DNA of 61,301 nucleotides, filler included, from Dugesia japonica (Eukaryota): NCBI GenBank assembly GCA_001938525.1. It is 5 parts of 5 records of this genome, joined end to end, with 100 filler letters (N's around TTAATTAATTAA, not from the genome) between each part and the next. Parts side by side here need not be neighbours in the genome. Positions count along the whole stretch, not along the records: positions 31,644 to 40,391 come from MQRL01584472.1; positions 40,492 to 50,463 come from MQRL01596069.1; 3 more parts are not named here. One strand, 5' to 3'. Shown piece by piece: positions 38,601 to 49,754 of this stretch (position 1 is its first letter; each line of letters starts with the position of its first letter). The notes under the pieces were generated by a model. It saw only the letters and a program-made list of their open reading frames with translations, ran no database searches and was not told where the DNA came from. The position numbers and the translations under genes were made by a program.

Positions 38601-40391
38601 TTTAAAAGAGAGATTTAAGTTATTGATGAAAAATTTAAATAAACAAATATTGGTTTAAGGATAAATTAAAATTAGTGAATAATAAAGCTTAACTTTATAA
38701 TAAATAAAATTTTGAAAGTGAGCTGAGATTTTGTCGTAAATTTTTAAATAAAAATTTAAGTAAATAATAAAATGTTTTAAGTGGATCAAATTAATTTTAA
38801 TAAATAAATTTTAAAAGCAGTTGAAAATTTTGCCAGAAATTTTTAAATGAAAATTAATGAAATAATTAAAATTTTAAAAGTAGTTAAAATTGTGTCGGAA
38901 ATTTTTAAATGAAAATGAATAAATAAATAAAATGTTAAAATTAATTTTAATAAATAAAAGTTTCAATTTTTAAATTTTGGAAAAAAGATCATCAATTAAA
39001 ATACATGATTTTAATTTGTTTGATTAACAAATAATGTTGGTTATAGTTTTGATTTTTATAAAGTGTTATAATGAATTCGAATTTTGATATTGAGGATACG
39101 ACGAGTTTTCCAAACTCAACTAACAAACATAATAATAAAATGGTTTATGATTATTAATATTATTACTTAAATCTCCAATTTCACCATCTCGATGTAAATC
39201 GAATCCTTTCACCGACTGTAATGCATTCGATACTATTTGAAGATTAAATATATTTTGCTATTGAACTATTTTCCACCGATCGTACGGTTTTTCTGCATTA
39301 CATTTCTTCACGATATTTTATATTGTACTAACTAGTGGGGTCGACATTCTTAGTTTGAGCGCAAAGGCCAACCCTTCGACTATTTTTGATACATTTGATG
39401 TGGTACCCATCCCATATAGAAATTGAGTTTCTCTTCGTTTTTTTTTCTTGTAATGACATTTCTAACAAATGAACCTCTAAAAATAATAATATTTAAATTT
39501 ATTATCATTATTTTATCTTACTTTTTCAATATCATTTTCTAATAAATATCTATATTCTAATATTTCTCATTAATTTAATCTCTCGAATTTCTTTCTATGG
39601 TATTTATGTTCTGGAATCTAATTTATAATTTTTTCCGAAATTAAATATCTACAATCACGTAGATATTTATCCATATTGTTGGCGAGAATTGAGTTGAGGT
39701 GGAATGGATACTCCCTAGTCGTTTGTGTTCTTCGGTGATGATGTTGGTTGGATAATTTTAATAAATTTTCTCTTCCCTCCTCCACCATTTTATTTTCAAA
39801 ATCATCCATTTTCATCATTGTTGTAAAATGAATTATAACATTATATAATAATATTGATCTATAAATTGCATCTACATTGCATATTTCACGTATATGTATT
39901 ACATGACTTAATTATTTACATATAATTTTAGTAATTATAAAAAAGGTTAAGACATTTAATTTATTACATCTAATACATAACTTTTAATAATAAAATTTAT
40001 ATGATCATAAAAATCGTAAGTTTTCAAACCGGTTATTACTATTTTCCCAGAATGAAAAACATTTACACATAAAGGATTGGATACTATTAAATGGAGACCT
40101 GGAAATGTTTCGGGATTTATGTATACAATTTGATTTTTCAGCCAATTTCTGTAAATGTATTGACACCTGTAAGAAATTTATTTGTAAAACATTAAATATA
40201 ACAACAAAACTTTCTAAAAAAAAAAATTAACAACTAAACACATCTAACACTTTCCACACAGGAAATTTGATTCCATTTTTTATTTTGTAGCCTTGAAGTA
40301 AAAGTTTTATTTTAACTATTCTGTTGGGACAAAACCCAACCATTGAGAACCAATAAAATAATAAAAATACAAGTAAAAAACAAAACACGAA

Positions 40392-40491
40392 NNNNNNNNN
40401 NNNNNNNNNNNNNNNNNNNNNNNNNNNNNNNNNNNTTAATTAATTAANNNNNNNNNNNNNNNNNNNNNNNNNNNNNNNNNNNNNNNNNNNN
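40392..40491. other. Artificial contig-joining spacer
   Basis: 44 N + TTAATTAATTAA + 44 N. Confidence 0.97.
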
Positions 40492-40690
40492 ACATTTAAA
40501 TCCAAAATGTAAAATGTCACATTTAAATCCCAAAAAGGAAATATGCCAAAGGAAATATGCCAAAAAGGAAATATGCCAAAGGAAATATGCCAAAAAGGAA
40601 ATATCGTGAATGAAATCCAAATGAAATCCAAAATGAAATCCAAAATGTCAAATCCAAAATGTCAAATCCAAAATGTCAAATCCCCTACAT
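40492..40690. repeat. Short tandem repeats, probable subterminal region of the element
   Basis: CCAAA(AA)GGAAATATG x4-5 and AAATCCAAAATG(TC) x6-7 upstream of the first ORF. Confidence 0.75.
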
Positions 40691-40747
40691 TTTAAATTGT
40701 GGATCCAAATTTCACATTTTAATATTACTAAATTTTTCCTTTATAAA

Positions 40748-41365
40748 ATGACTACTGAGAAAAAAGAATTTAAACAAATAAGTTTATCAAGTGTTCACGA
40801 TTTATTATGTGATATTATTGATATAAAAGATACAAATATAGATGAAATAGTTGGATATACAAAATGTGAAGTCACAAAAGAAATTGCTGAAAATAATTTG
40901 GATTATCTTAATCAAATATATATTGAAATTAAAAATTTTAATATAATGGAACAACAAAAAAAAGATCTTTCTAAAATTATGACTATTTTTATGAGTATAT
41001 ATACAGGTGATCAATGTAAAGGTGCATTTATTCAAACAATGAATAATGAACTTGAACATTTAAAAAAAATCATTGAAGAATATAAACTACGGTATCAAGA
41101 AGAAAGAGATGAACATAATGCTGTTTTAAGTAAATATAAGGAACAATTAAAAACAAAACTTATTGAGAATATTGATATTAAATTTACACCTAGAAAAATA
41201 AATGGTAAATTTGTAAGTGTAAGTGCAGCCGATGTTCTTAATTTATATACAAATTTAAATAATAATCATAAACAACTTGATTCCCTTAAAACAAAAGATT
41301 ATACTCCTGTTTCAAAAAAGGGAAGTAAAACTATAGCCACTGCAAAAGCTATAATTAAATCTTAA
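40748..41365 (+). CDS. Maverick hypothetical coiled-coil protein (~205 aa)
   Basis: Open frame; likely start MTTEKKEF (TATAAAATG context); coupled to the next gene by TAAATAAAATG. Confidence 0.7.
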   Translation: MTTEKKEFKQISLSSVHDLLCDIIDIKDTNIDEIVGYTKCEVTKEIAENNLDYLNQIYIEIKNFNIMEQQKKDLSKIMTIFMSIYTGDQCKGAFIQTMNNELEHLKKIIEEYKLRYQEERDEHNAVLSKYKEQLKTKLIENIDIKFTPRKINGKFVSVSAADVLNLYTNLNNNHKQLDSLKTKDYTPVSKKGSKTIATAKAIIKS

Positions 41366-41370
41366 ATAAA

Positions 41371-41742
41371 ATGGATAAAACATCAGTTTTTTATAAAATG
41401 TTAAATGATTATAATTTTAAAGATAACTCAGTAAAAAACCTTTCAAAAATTAATAATGTTAGTGAAAAAACTGTAAAGAAATATTTAAAGAAATGGAATA
41501 TAGAACATAATACTTTAACATTTAACCCATCTAGAAATAATTATAGAGAACCAAATGGTAGATTTATTTCTTTAATAGAAAGATATGAAATAGAAAGATT
41601 TGCAAAAGAAAGATTTGCAAAAGAAAATAAAGTGGAAAATGAAATAAAATTTAGTAATATTTTTGAAGGTGTTAATAAAAAATCTGTTGGTAAAATTGAT
41701 TATGATGAACTTGGAAAAGAGATGAAAAAATACATGCGGTAA
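41371..41742 (+). CDS. Maverick small protein with helix-turn-helix-like motif
   Basis: SVKNLSKINNVSEKTVKKYLKKWNI fits an HTH pattern. Confidence 0.6.
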   Translation: MDKTSVFYKMLNDYNFKDNSVKNLSKINNVSEKTVKKYLKKWNIEHNTLTFNPSRNNYREPNGRFISLIERYEIERFAKERFAKENKVENEIKFSNIFEGVNKKSVGKIDYDELGKEMKKYMR

Positions 41743-41800
41743 CGTATGGTAACGTATGGTAATCGTATGGTAATCGTATGGTAATCGTATGGTAATCGCA
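41738..41800. repeat. 10-11-bp tandem repeat GGTAA(T)CGTAT upstream of the capsid gene
   Basis: Six consecutive units. Confidence 0.85.
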
Positions 41801-41841
41801 TACCCAAATAAAAAAAAACGGGTAAAATAATACTTTATAAA

Positions 41842-43137
41842 ATGCTAGATCTCGATAATAATATTGAATTTTCACATACAACAATTAAAAATGATACACT
41901 AAAAATTTCACCAAGTTCAGGGTCAATTAGTAATTTAAATGCAAATGGTGACATTGTTTTCCAAAGTCTACAATCTACAAATCCACTTGACATTTGTAAT
42001 TCAATGCTTTATTTTACAGTTACATTAAAAATACCAGAACCATCAAAAGATAAAATTACTCTGGAAAATAATTTCTTTCCAAATTTATTTAGATCAATGA
42101 GATTAAATCTTGGTTCAACTAATATAGAAACCATCTCTGATCCAGGTACTGTATCAACCATGTTAAATTTAATAAGTTTAACGGATACATATAAAAAAGA
42201 ATATGGTCAAATGTCAGGTTGGATACCAGATACCGAAGATGGTGGTATTCATAATAAAGTTAAAAAAATTGAAGATGTAGAAAAAACTTTATCATCTAAT
42301 AAAGGTTATAAAATTAGAAAAAAACTTTATTCCACTAATAAATTTGAAGGTTACTTTCCACTAAGAAATTTATTTGGTTTTTTACAAAATTATAATCGAG
42401 TTTTATATAATACAATGATAGAATTTACATGTTCCAGACAAATAGAAGATAACCTAATATTTTATGGTGAAAAAGATACAAAAGCAGAATTAAAATTAGA
42501 TAAATTAGAACTTCACATTCCAGAACAAAGATTATTACCTAAAAAAGAATTAATTCTACTAGAAAGAATTGCAACTAATAAACCAATCAAAGTTTCATTT
42601 TTAAATAGATTATCTGCAAAATCAAATTTAGGTGATGAAAGTAATTATTCAATTAAAATTAGTTCTCTAGCATATCAACCTAGATATATTTTAATTTGTG
42701 TAAAAGATTCTACAAGTTCATTTGAAAAGAATAATAATTTATTTATTCAGAAATCCGGAACCAATTATATAAAAGGTATCCAGTTACAATTAAATAATAC
42801 CTATTATCCAATTAACGAATGTAAATTTGACATGTCACAAAATCACATGATTTTTCCTTATAATGAATATGTAAAATGTTGTCATGCATTTTTAATAGAA
42901 CCACAATTATCATTATTAGATTTTACTAATTTATATCCGATCTTCTGTTTTGATCTCACTGCACATGATGATAAAATGAATGTAAATAATGTTGATGTTA
43001 CACTTCACATAACAAAAGATCCAGGTTTTAAAGGTACACTTTACTGGTGTATTCTAGAAGAGAAACATGTTGAAATGAAACTTGCTAATAATAAAATTGT
43101 ATTAATTGAAAATATTAGAGGTCTTGATATAAAATAA
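41842..43137 (+). CDS. Major capsid protein (double jelly-roll, Polinton PY/hexon-like)
   Basis: 431 aa, beta-rich; motifs NNFFPNLF, IETISDPG, PLRNLFGF, PRYILI, LNNTYYP, LYPIFCFDLT are typical of Polinton MCPs; genomic context agrees. Confidence 0.88.
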   Translation: MLDLDNNIEFSHTTIKNDTLKISPSSGSISNLNANGDIVFQSLQSTNPLDICNSMLYFTVTLKIPEPSKDKITLENNFFPNLFRSMRLNLGSTNIETISDPGTVSTMLNLISLTDTYKKEYGQMSGWIPDTEDGGIHNKVKKIEDVEKTLSSNKGYKIRKKLYSTNKFEGYFPLRNLFGFLQNYNRVLYNTMIEFTCSRQIEDNLIFYGEKDTKAELKLDKLELHIPEQRLLPKKELILLERIATNKPIKVSFLNRLSAKSNLGDESNYSIKISSLAYQPRYILICVKDSTSSFEKNNNLFIQKSGTNYIKGIQLQLNNTYYPINECKFDMSQNHMIFPYNEYVKCCHAFLIEPQLSLLDFTNLYPIFCFDLTAHDDKMNVNNVDVTLHITKDPGFKGTLYWCILEEKHVEMKLANNKIVLIENIRGLDIK

Positions 43138-43146
43138 ATATAAGAA

Positions 43147-44547
43147 ATGAACGAAGTCCATAAAGGTAGTAATAAAGGGAGTAAGTTTATATGTGATAAT
43201 TGTGGTAAAGTGTTATTAAAAAAGAATAAATCTAGACATTTAGATTTATGTATTAATATAAAAGGAGGTGATCCAAAATCTGGAGGTGACCTTCAAAATT
43301 CAAGTGTTATCAGTAAATTATTAAAACCAATAACAACAGAAAAATATCCTGGTGAGAGACATTTATTCCACCATAATTATACTGGACCTGGAACTAGATT
43401 AGATATTAGATTAGATTCCGAAGGAAACCCATTACCAGGTGAAGAACCAGTAAATCAAGTTGATCAATCTGCATTAAAACATGATATCTCCTATAATTCT
43501 GAAGATATCCGAGAAAGACATCTAGCAGATATTAACCTAATCCATGATTTAAATAATATCCAAAACCCAACAACAACAGAAAAATTTCAGAGAGCTCTTG
43601 TAAAATTAGCTATGAAAGGTAAAATTGTTATTGGCCAATCCATAAAAGTACAGGGTCAAGAGTTATCTAAGAATAAATTAAAAATTAAACTTAAAGATGA
43701 AAAAAATAAACTTAAATTAAATCAAATGTTATCAGAAGTTGATGATAAAAATTATATATTAGCTGATGAACTTCACAAAGATTTTAAAAAACCAAAACAT
43801 TTATTAAAAGTTATTGTTCATGAAAAAGATGAAATTTGGTCAGCTGATTTAACATTTAACCAGAAAAATGTAATATTAACAGTTATTGATCTTTACACGA
43901 GATATGCATTTGCAATACTCTCTAAAAATAAAACTGGTAAAGAAACAACAAATGCATTTGAAAGTATCCTTGAAAAAAGTAATAGAGTTCCTGAGAAATT
44001 ATGGGTTGATCATGGAAAGGAATTTTATAATTCAAATTTTCAAGGTTTCTGTAAAAATAATCACATTGAAATTTATTCTACCGAGAATGAAGGTAAAGCA
44101 GTTGTTATTGAAAGGTTTAACAGAACATTTAAAAATAAACTTTTTAAACATTTTACTGCTGTTGGAAATCAGAATATAACTCAAGAACTTCTAGATAAAA
44201 TTCTAGATGATTATAATAACCATATACATTCAAGTATTAACATTACACCTAAAGAAGCATCAATTAATCCTGATAATATTATTATTAATCCTGAAAAACC
44301 TTTCTCTGAAAAATTAAAATTTAAAATTGGCCAACGCGTTAGAATATTTAAACAAAAGAAATTATTTGCAAAAGGTTATAGTTTTAAATGGTCAAAGAAA
44401 ATTTATATTATAACAAGAATCCGTGGAAATGGTAAAACTGAACCATTTACATTTGAAATTTCAAATATTAATAATAACAATAACCACAAGGGCGACAAGA
44501 TACTAGGTAGATTCTATGGATCTGAAATTCAAAAAACTATATTCTAA
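43147..44547 (+). CDS. Zinc finger + parvovirus-type phospholipase A2 + retroviral-type DDE integrase fusion
   Basis: C16/C19/H31/C35 finger; NYTGPGT and DQSALKHDISY...RHLAD (PLA2); WSAD234...WVD288HGKEF...IE322RFNRT (integrase). Confidence 0.92.
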   Translation: MNEVHKGSNKGSKFICDNCGKVLLKKNKSRHLDLCINIKGGDPKSGGDLQNSSVISKLLKPITTEKYPGERHLFHHNYTGPGTRLDIRLDSEGNPLPGEEPVNQVDQSALKHDISYNSEDIRERHLADINLIHDLNNIQNPTTTEKFQRALVKLAMKGKIVIGQSIKVQGQELSKNKLKIKLKDEKNKLKLNQMLSEVDDKNYILADELHKDFKKPKHLLKVIVHEKDEIWSADLTFNQKNVILTVIDLYTRYAFAILSKNKTGKETTNAFESILEKSNRVPEKLWVDHGKEFYNSNFQGFCKNNHIEIYSTENEGKAVVIERFNRTFKNKLFKHFTAVGNQNITQELLDKILDDYNNHIHSSINITPKEASINPDNIIINPEKPFSEKLKFKIGQRVRIFKQKKLFAKGYSFKWSKKIYIITRIRGNGKTEPFTFEISNINNNNNHKGDKILGRFYGSEIQKTIF

Positions 44548-44620
44548 AACCATAAAGGGACAAAAAAACCATAAAGGGAGAAAAAAATGGATACAGATTA
44601 CCAAAAGTACTGTTTAGAAA

Positions 44621-45370
44621 ATGTCAGTGTATATTTGGAATCAAAATATTACAAAATTTAATAATAAAATTCTTCCAAATAATTTTAGATTATTAATAAT
44701 TGGATCATCAGGTTCAGGTAAAAATGTATTATTAATGAAAATGCTCCTGACAACTGATTTCTTAGACTATGATAATTTAATTATCTATTCAACAACTATC
44801 TCACAATTTGAAATTCAATTACTTTATCTTGGATTTGAACTTGGTCTCACAAAAGAAGAAATATCTCTAATATTTAAACATCAAAATATCACACCTAAAA
44901 TTCTAGATACACCAAGTGAAGTAATAAAATATTTCTTAGATAAAAAACTAGTTACTAAAAAAACTAGATCTATAATAATAACATTAAGTAATCGACCTGA
45001 TGAAATTATCTCATGTGATAAACTTTCAAGAGACAAGAAAAATCTTATTATTTTTGATGATGTTGTTAATGAAAAAAATCAACAAGTACAAAAAAGTTAT
45101 TTCANNNNNNNNNNNNNNNNNNNNNNNNNNNNNNNNNNNNNNNNNNNNNNNNNNNNNNNNNNNNNNNNNNNNNNNNNNNNNNNNNNNNNNNNNNNNNNNN
45201 NNNNNNNNNNNNNNNNNNNNNNNNNNNNNNNNNNNNNNNNNNNNNNNNNNNNNNNNNNNNNNNNNNNNNNNNNNNNNNNNNNNNNNNNNNNTAATCTTCA
45301 TTGGAAAACTAAATATAATTATTTTTATCTTAACAAAGAAACTGATGAATTATTGGATGACCTTTACTAG
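44621..45370 (+). CDS. A32/FtsK-like DNA packaging ATPase (gapped)
   Basis: Walker A LIIGSSGSGKN, Walker B NLIIFDD, then QKSYF before the gap and W..KYNYFYL after it. Confidence 0.92.
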   Translation: MSVYIWNQNITKFNNKILPNNFRLLIIGSSGSGKNVLLMKMLLTTDFLDYDNLIIYSTTISQFEIQLLYLGFELGLTKEEISLIFKHQNITPKILDTPSEVIKYFLDKKLVTKKTRSIIITLSNRPDEIISCDKLSRDKKNLIIFDDVVNEKNQQVQKSYFXXXXXXXXXXXXXXXXXXXXXXXXXXXXXXXXXXXXXXXXXXXXXXXXXXXXXXXXXXXXXXXNLHWKTKYNYFYLNKETDELLDDLY

Positions 45371-46722
45371 TTCTTCAAGTCTTCTCTCTTCTTCAAATGC
45401 TTCATTTAATTTCTTAGAAAAAAATATTCTAATTTTTTTTATTTCTTTTTCTATTGTGCTAAATGCCCAATTTGATTTTAATATTCCTGGATACTTATCA
45501 GCAAATTTATAAAATTTTATCATTTTATTTATATAATTAATTTCATATTTTATATTAATTTTTTTTAAACGTTCCAAGATTTCATTATTTTTAAAATGTT
45601 TTTTTAGCGTATCAAAGTAATAACCTAAATGATAAATGCTTTCTAAACAAATTCGCCTACCAACATTAAAATTATTATTCCAAATTAAAATATTTTCATT
45701 TATATTTTCCATTTCATCACTTTCATTTGTAGGTTGTAATATATTAATTTGATTATTTACAAGTGATTCTGAAAAGTTACGAAAAAATATAATATTAACA
45801 TCAACATTTTGCATTTGCATTTGCACAAATACATCATCAGTATTTGTTTCTGTTGCATCGAGGTCATTTATTTCAGATATTCCATCTAAACTTCCATCCC
45901 CATCAAATATTTCAGTTGATATGAGATTACTTGACATGAGATTACTTGACATGAGATTACTTGCCCTGAGATTACTTGACATGAGATTACTTGCCCTGAG
46001 GTTACTTGCCCTGAGGTTACTTATGGTTACATCATCATCAATTATTTTATCATCAATTATTTCATCATCAATTATTTTATCAAATATTTTATCAATTATT
46101 TCATTGATTATTTTATTGATTATTTTTTTTGGTTTCATCATTTTTTTTTCTTCACCACAGGTAACATCAAATATTGCAAATCTTTGTTGTTCTTGGGTCT
46201 TTGTTGATCTTCCTTGATAAACCAAAATTGCTTCGTGTGTTTCTGGATAAGTATTTTTTTCAAATATATCAAATTTTAATCTACAATTTTTACAAGATAT
46301 AATCATAGCTTTTTTATCACTAAATAAATTAATTCCATGGAAACACTTAATTTCATTTTTGAAATATTTTTTTATATCCCATAAATAACTCCAATAAAAA
46401 TAAACTCTTTGTAATTTTGTAACTTCTCTATTATATTTCCTTATCTTCTTTTCATAATTCATATCTATTTTTTTATTTCTAATTATTATTTCTAAAAAAT
46501 AAATTTCATCTGGTTTTTTATGAAATGTTGCGGTGCCATAAGAATTCTTTCGTTTATCTAAAATAAGATGTAAAAAAATATTTTCAGTTTCATATTCTTT
46601 TACATCAAATAATTTTTTAATTTTTTCTATTAATTTGTTGATTGTAATATTTTTTTTTTCATATTACAATCACATTCATCTTCAGAATGTGAACATCCAC
46701 TATCACTTTCAGTATCAGACAT
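45350..46722 (-). CDS. Maverick hypothetical protein with 15-bp coding repeats (start probably 46722 across an A10 run)
   Basis: The 370-aa ORF stays open upstream of 46462; one extra A at 46650-46659 joins MSDTESDSGCSHSEDECDCN. Contains CxxC, IIDDx x3 and SNLRA/SNLMS x7. Confidence 0.65.
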
Positions 46723-46779
46723 TTTCTCCTTTTTTTAATGTAATTAATTTAATCATACTGTTCTTAATCCGAACAATTT

Positions 46780-47441
46780 TCATGGAATTCCAAGTTTCAA
46801 ACGCATTTCAGAAATAACTTTACTTTGATTTTCAACTAATAACTTTAAATTATCATCTTTTTGTTTTTTATTTTCAGATATTAATTCATGGACATCAGAA
46901 ACCATTTTCTTTGAAATCTCTAATTCTTCATCTGTTAAAATTTCATCATGAACAGCTTTCTGTTGAAATAAGAATAATTTATTTTTAACACATTCTAGTT
47001 TTTTAATTAACTTTTCGTATCTTTCTTTTCGAGATTTAACAAATGAAGTGTTTAATGTCCCAATCACAGGTAAAACTGAAATAGCTCCAGTGATCACCGG
47101 TATAGTTATTCCTGAAATAACCAAACCAACTGGAGTTATTAAAACTATTCCTGTAACACCAATTCCTGCACTAATAAATATTTGTGTATATTTTATACTT
47201 GTATCAATTCTATTCCATCTTTTCTCTAATTTCTTATAATGTTTAATTTTATCTTTAATATAATANNNNNNNNNNNNNNNNNNNNNNNNNNNNNNNNNNN
47301 NNNNNNNNNNNNNNNATACAAATCATTTTCAAAATCTTTAATTCTAGATAAAGCAAGTTTATTTTTTAAATCTAGGATCGTATAATCATTATTATAATCA
47401 TTATGTAATCCGGGATAAATCTTATTTTCTTCAGATTCCAT
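46780..47441 (-). CDS. Maverick membrane protein (helical N-terminus, Gly-rich hydrophobic hairpin, coiled coil), ~200 aa
   Basis: Two ORF-track pieces joined across a 50-N placeholder; the homolog at 31259 shows the flanks are contiguous (DLY-YIKDK). Carries KAVHDEILTDEE. Confidence 0.8.
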
Positions 47442-49745
47442 TTTCTAAGTATAAAATTTTACATCTAAACATTTCAAAATATTTTTGTTGTTCTATTGGT
47501 GGAAAAACTATTTGAATTTGATTTATATTTTTTTCTTTGGTTTCTTGGTAAATTTTAATAGTATTATTTTTAGGTTTNAAATATTGATATGATATTGCAA
47601 TATGGTTAATTCTAATTGTATATGTAAATTTTTCAATTTCATGAAAATAACCATCTATATTTATACTAACTCTTTTATTAATTATTGTCTGTAAAAATAT
47701 TTCTTGTATAAATTTACCTTTTCTTCTAAAATCTATTTTATTAACATATTTATCTTCAACACTAAAATAAGGAAGATTATCTTTTTCATTAAAGGTAAGT
47801 GTAAATATTTCATTATTAGGTGTATTAACATAGGGTATGTAATTATCAAATATTTCTCTTATTTCTTTTAATGAATAAGTTTTAAATAAAACATTAATTC
47901 TATCAACATATATTTTGTGAAGTTTTGGTTTTATTGTTTCAAACTCTCTGCTTAGATCTTGATAAAATTTTAATCTATATGATTTAATGATTACATTATA
48001 TAAATAAATTTCTTTTGGTAAAATTATTTCAATGTAATTTATTTTTNNNNNNNNNNNNATTTGTGTGCTTTCTTTGTTAATTATTATTCTTTTACTGTCA
48101 GGTGTAATATATTCCATTACTAATGCAATATGATTAATTTTAATGATATAAGTAAATTTTTCCAATAGACAATAACCTTCTATAAATATAGATAGTTTTT
48201 CTTTAATATCTGTATGTAAAATAATAGATAAAGGTTCTTCAAGATAAAAAAAATAATGAATATATGATACAAGTTTCTTGTCACCTTTATATTTAAAATT
48301 AAAATTCTTTACTTGATCACTAATATGAAATTGTGGATGAATTTGATCTTTATAATAACAGATAATTGTTAATATTGTATTGTTATTTGGTAAAAAAACA
48401 TACTCTAAATAATTATCAAGTATTTCTCTTAAAGCTTTAAAATCAAAAGTTTTAGATAAAACATTTATCCTGTCAATATGTATCTTGTGAAATTTTTTCA
48501 TTGCATATTCTTTCTTTAATTTTTCAAATGTATATTGTTTATATAAATTGACACTTATTTCCTTTACACTAATATATGCAGGTAAAATTATTACAATATA
48601 ATTTATATTTATATCTTTATTAATTTCAGTACTTTCTCTGTAAATATTAATACTATTATTTTCAGGTTTCACATGTAAAAATGACACTGCAATTTTATTA
48701 ATTCTAATTACATAACTAAAATTTTTATTATATTCACCTGTAATATTTATACTAATCTTTTCATTTAGTTTTGTAAATAAATAAATTTCAAAAGGTGTTC
48801 CAATATAAAAATATCCTTCACCAATATAAACAGTTAAATTTACTTTTTTAAAACTAAAATCATTAACATATTTATCTATAATATTATAACCAACATATGG
48901 GTCTTTTTTATAATTANNNNNNNNNNNNNNNNNNNNNNNNNNNNNNNNNNNNNNNNNNNNNNNNNNACATAAGATAAATAATTATCAAGTAAACTTTTTA
49001 AATCTGAAAATGTTGAACCTGAAAGTGTTTCTTTATATTTTTTAAATAAATTATTAATTTTATTCTTATATATTATATGTTGTTTTGTATTTGCTTTTTC
49101 AATATCTTCTATGAATTTTAAAATCAATGGTTTATGTTTTTCTATATAGATTTTAAGATTATCAATGGAAATGATATAAGTATCAAATGTTTTCTTGTTT
49201 ATATCTTCATGTAAAATATTAATTCTTCTTTTTAATATCTCAATTTCTTTTTTAATTTTCGATGAATCAAGAGTAGCTAATTCTTTTAATTTAATTAATA
49301 AATCACTTCTTTTAAATGGAAATAGTTCTTGTTTTAATCTTTTAATGTCAGTGTTTATATTGTCAAATGATTCTTGTTTACAGTTCTTTGTTAATCCTTG
49401 AATTTTAAGATTAAAACTTGAAATATCTACATTCAAGGTTTTAAGTTCGTTGATTTTAGATTCTAAATATAATTTATTAACTGTAAAACTATCAACTTTT
49501 AATAATTTACTGAAAATTATTTCATGTTTCTGTAATTTATCTTCAAGAGACTTTATGTATTTTAAATTAACTGCATCTTGAAGATCTATAGGGTCATCTT
49601 TGATTTTTAGAGATGTGATTGTATCACCAGTTTCATTCACATATTTATTTTCATTTTGGGTATCTAAAATTTTAAGTTTAGCATCAACATTTTTTAATAT
49701 TAAACTTGAATTAACATTATTAGGAGTACCTGCAAATTTATTCAT
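47431..49745 (-). CDS. Putative fibre/receptor-binding protein (~770 aa) with three tandem C-terminal domains
   Basis: The frame of 47431-48687 is open back to the 50-N gap (48917-48966); repeats continue on both sides of it. N-terminal YVNETGD...P...DAVNLKYI motif and coiled coil. Confidence 0.65.
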
Positions 49746-49754
49746 TCTCTGACT

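Noticed and set aside
39200-39818. Spliced gene near the end of the PolB contig
   Set aside because: Contains in-frame stops and no recognisable motif; neither product nor link to the Polinton could be supported.
43886-46217. Alternative-frame and antisense ORFs inside the Maverick (43886-44179, 45000-45512, 45921-46217)
   Set aside because: These are shadows of real genes, gaps and repeats, with no independent motifs.
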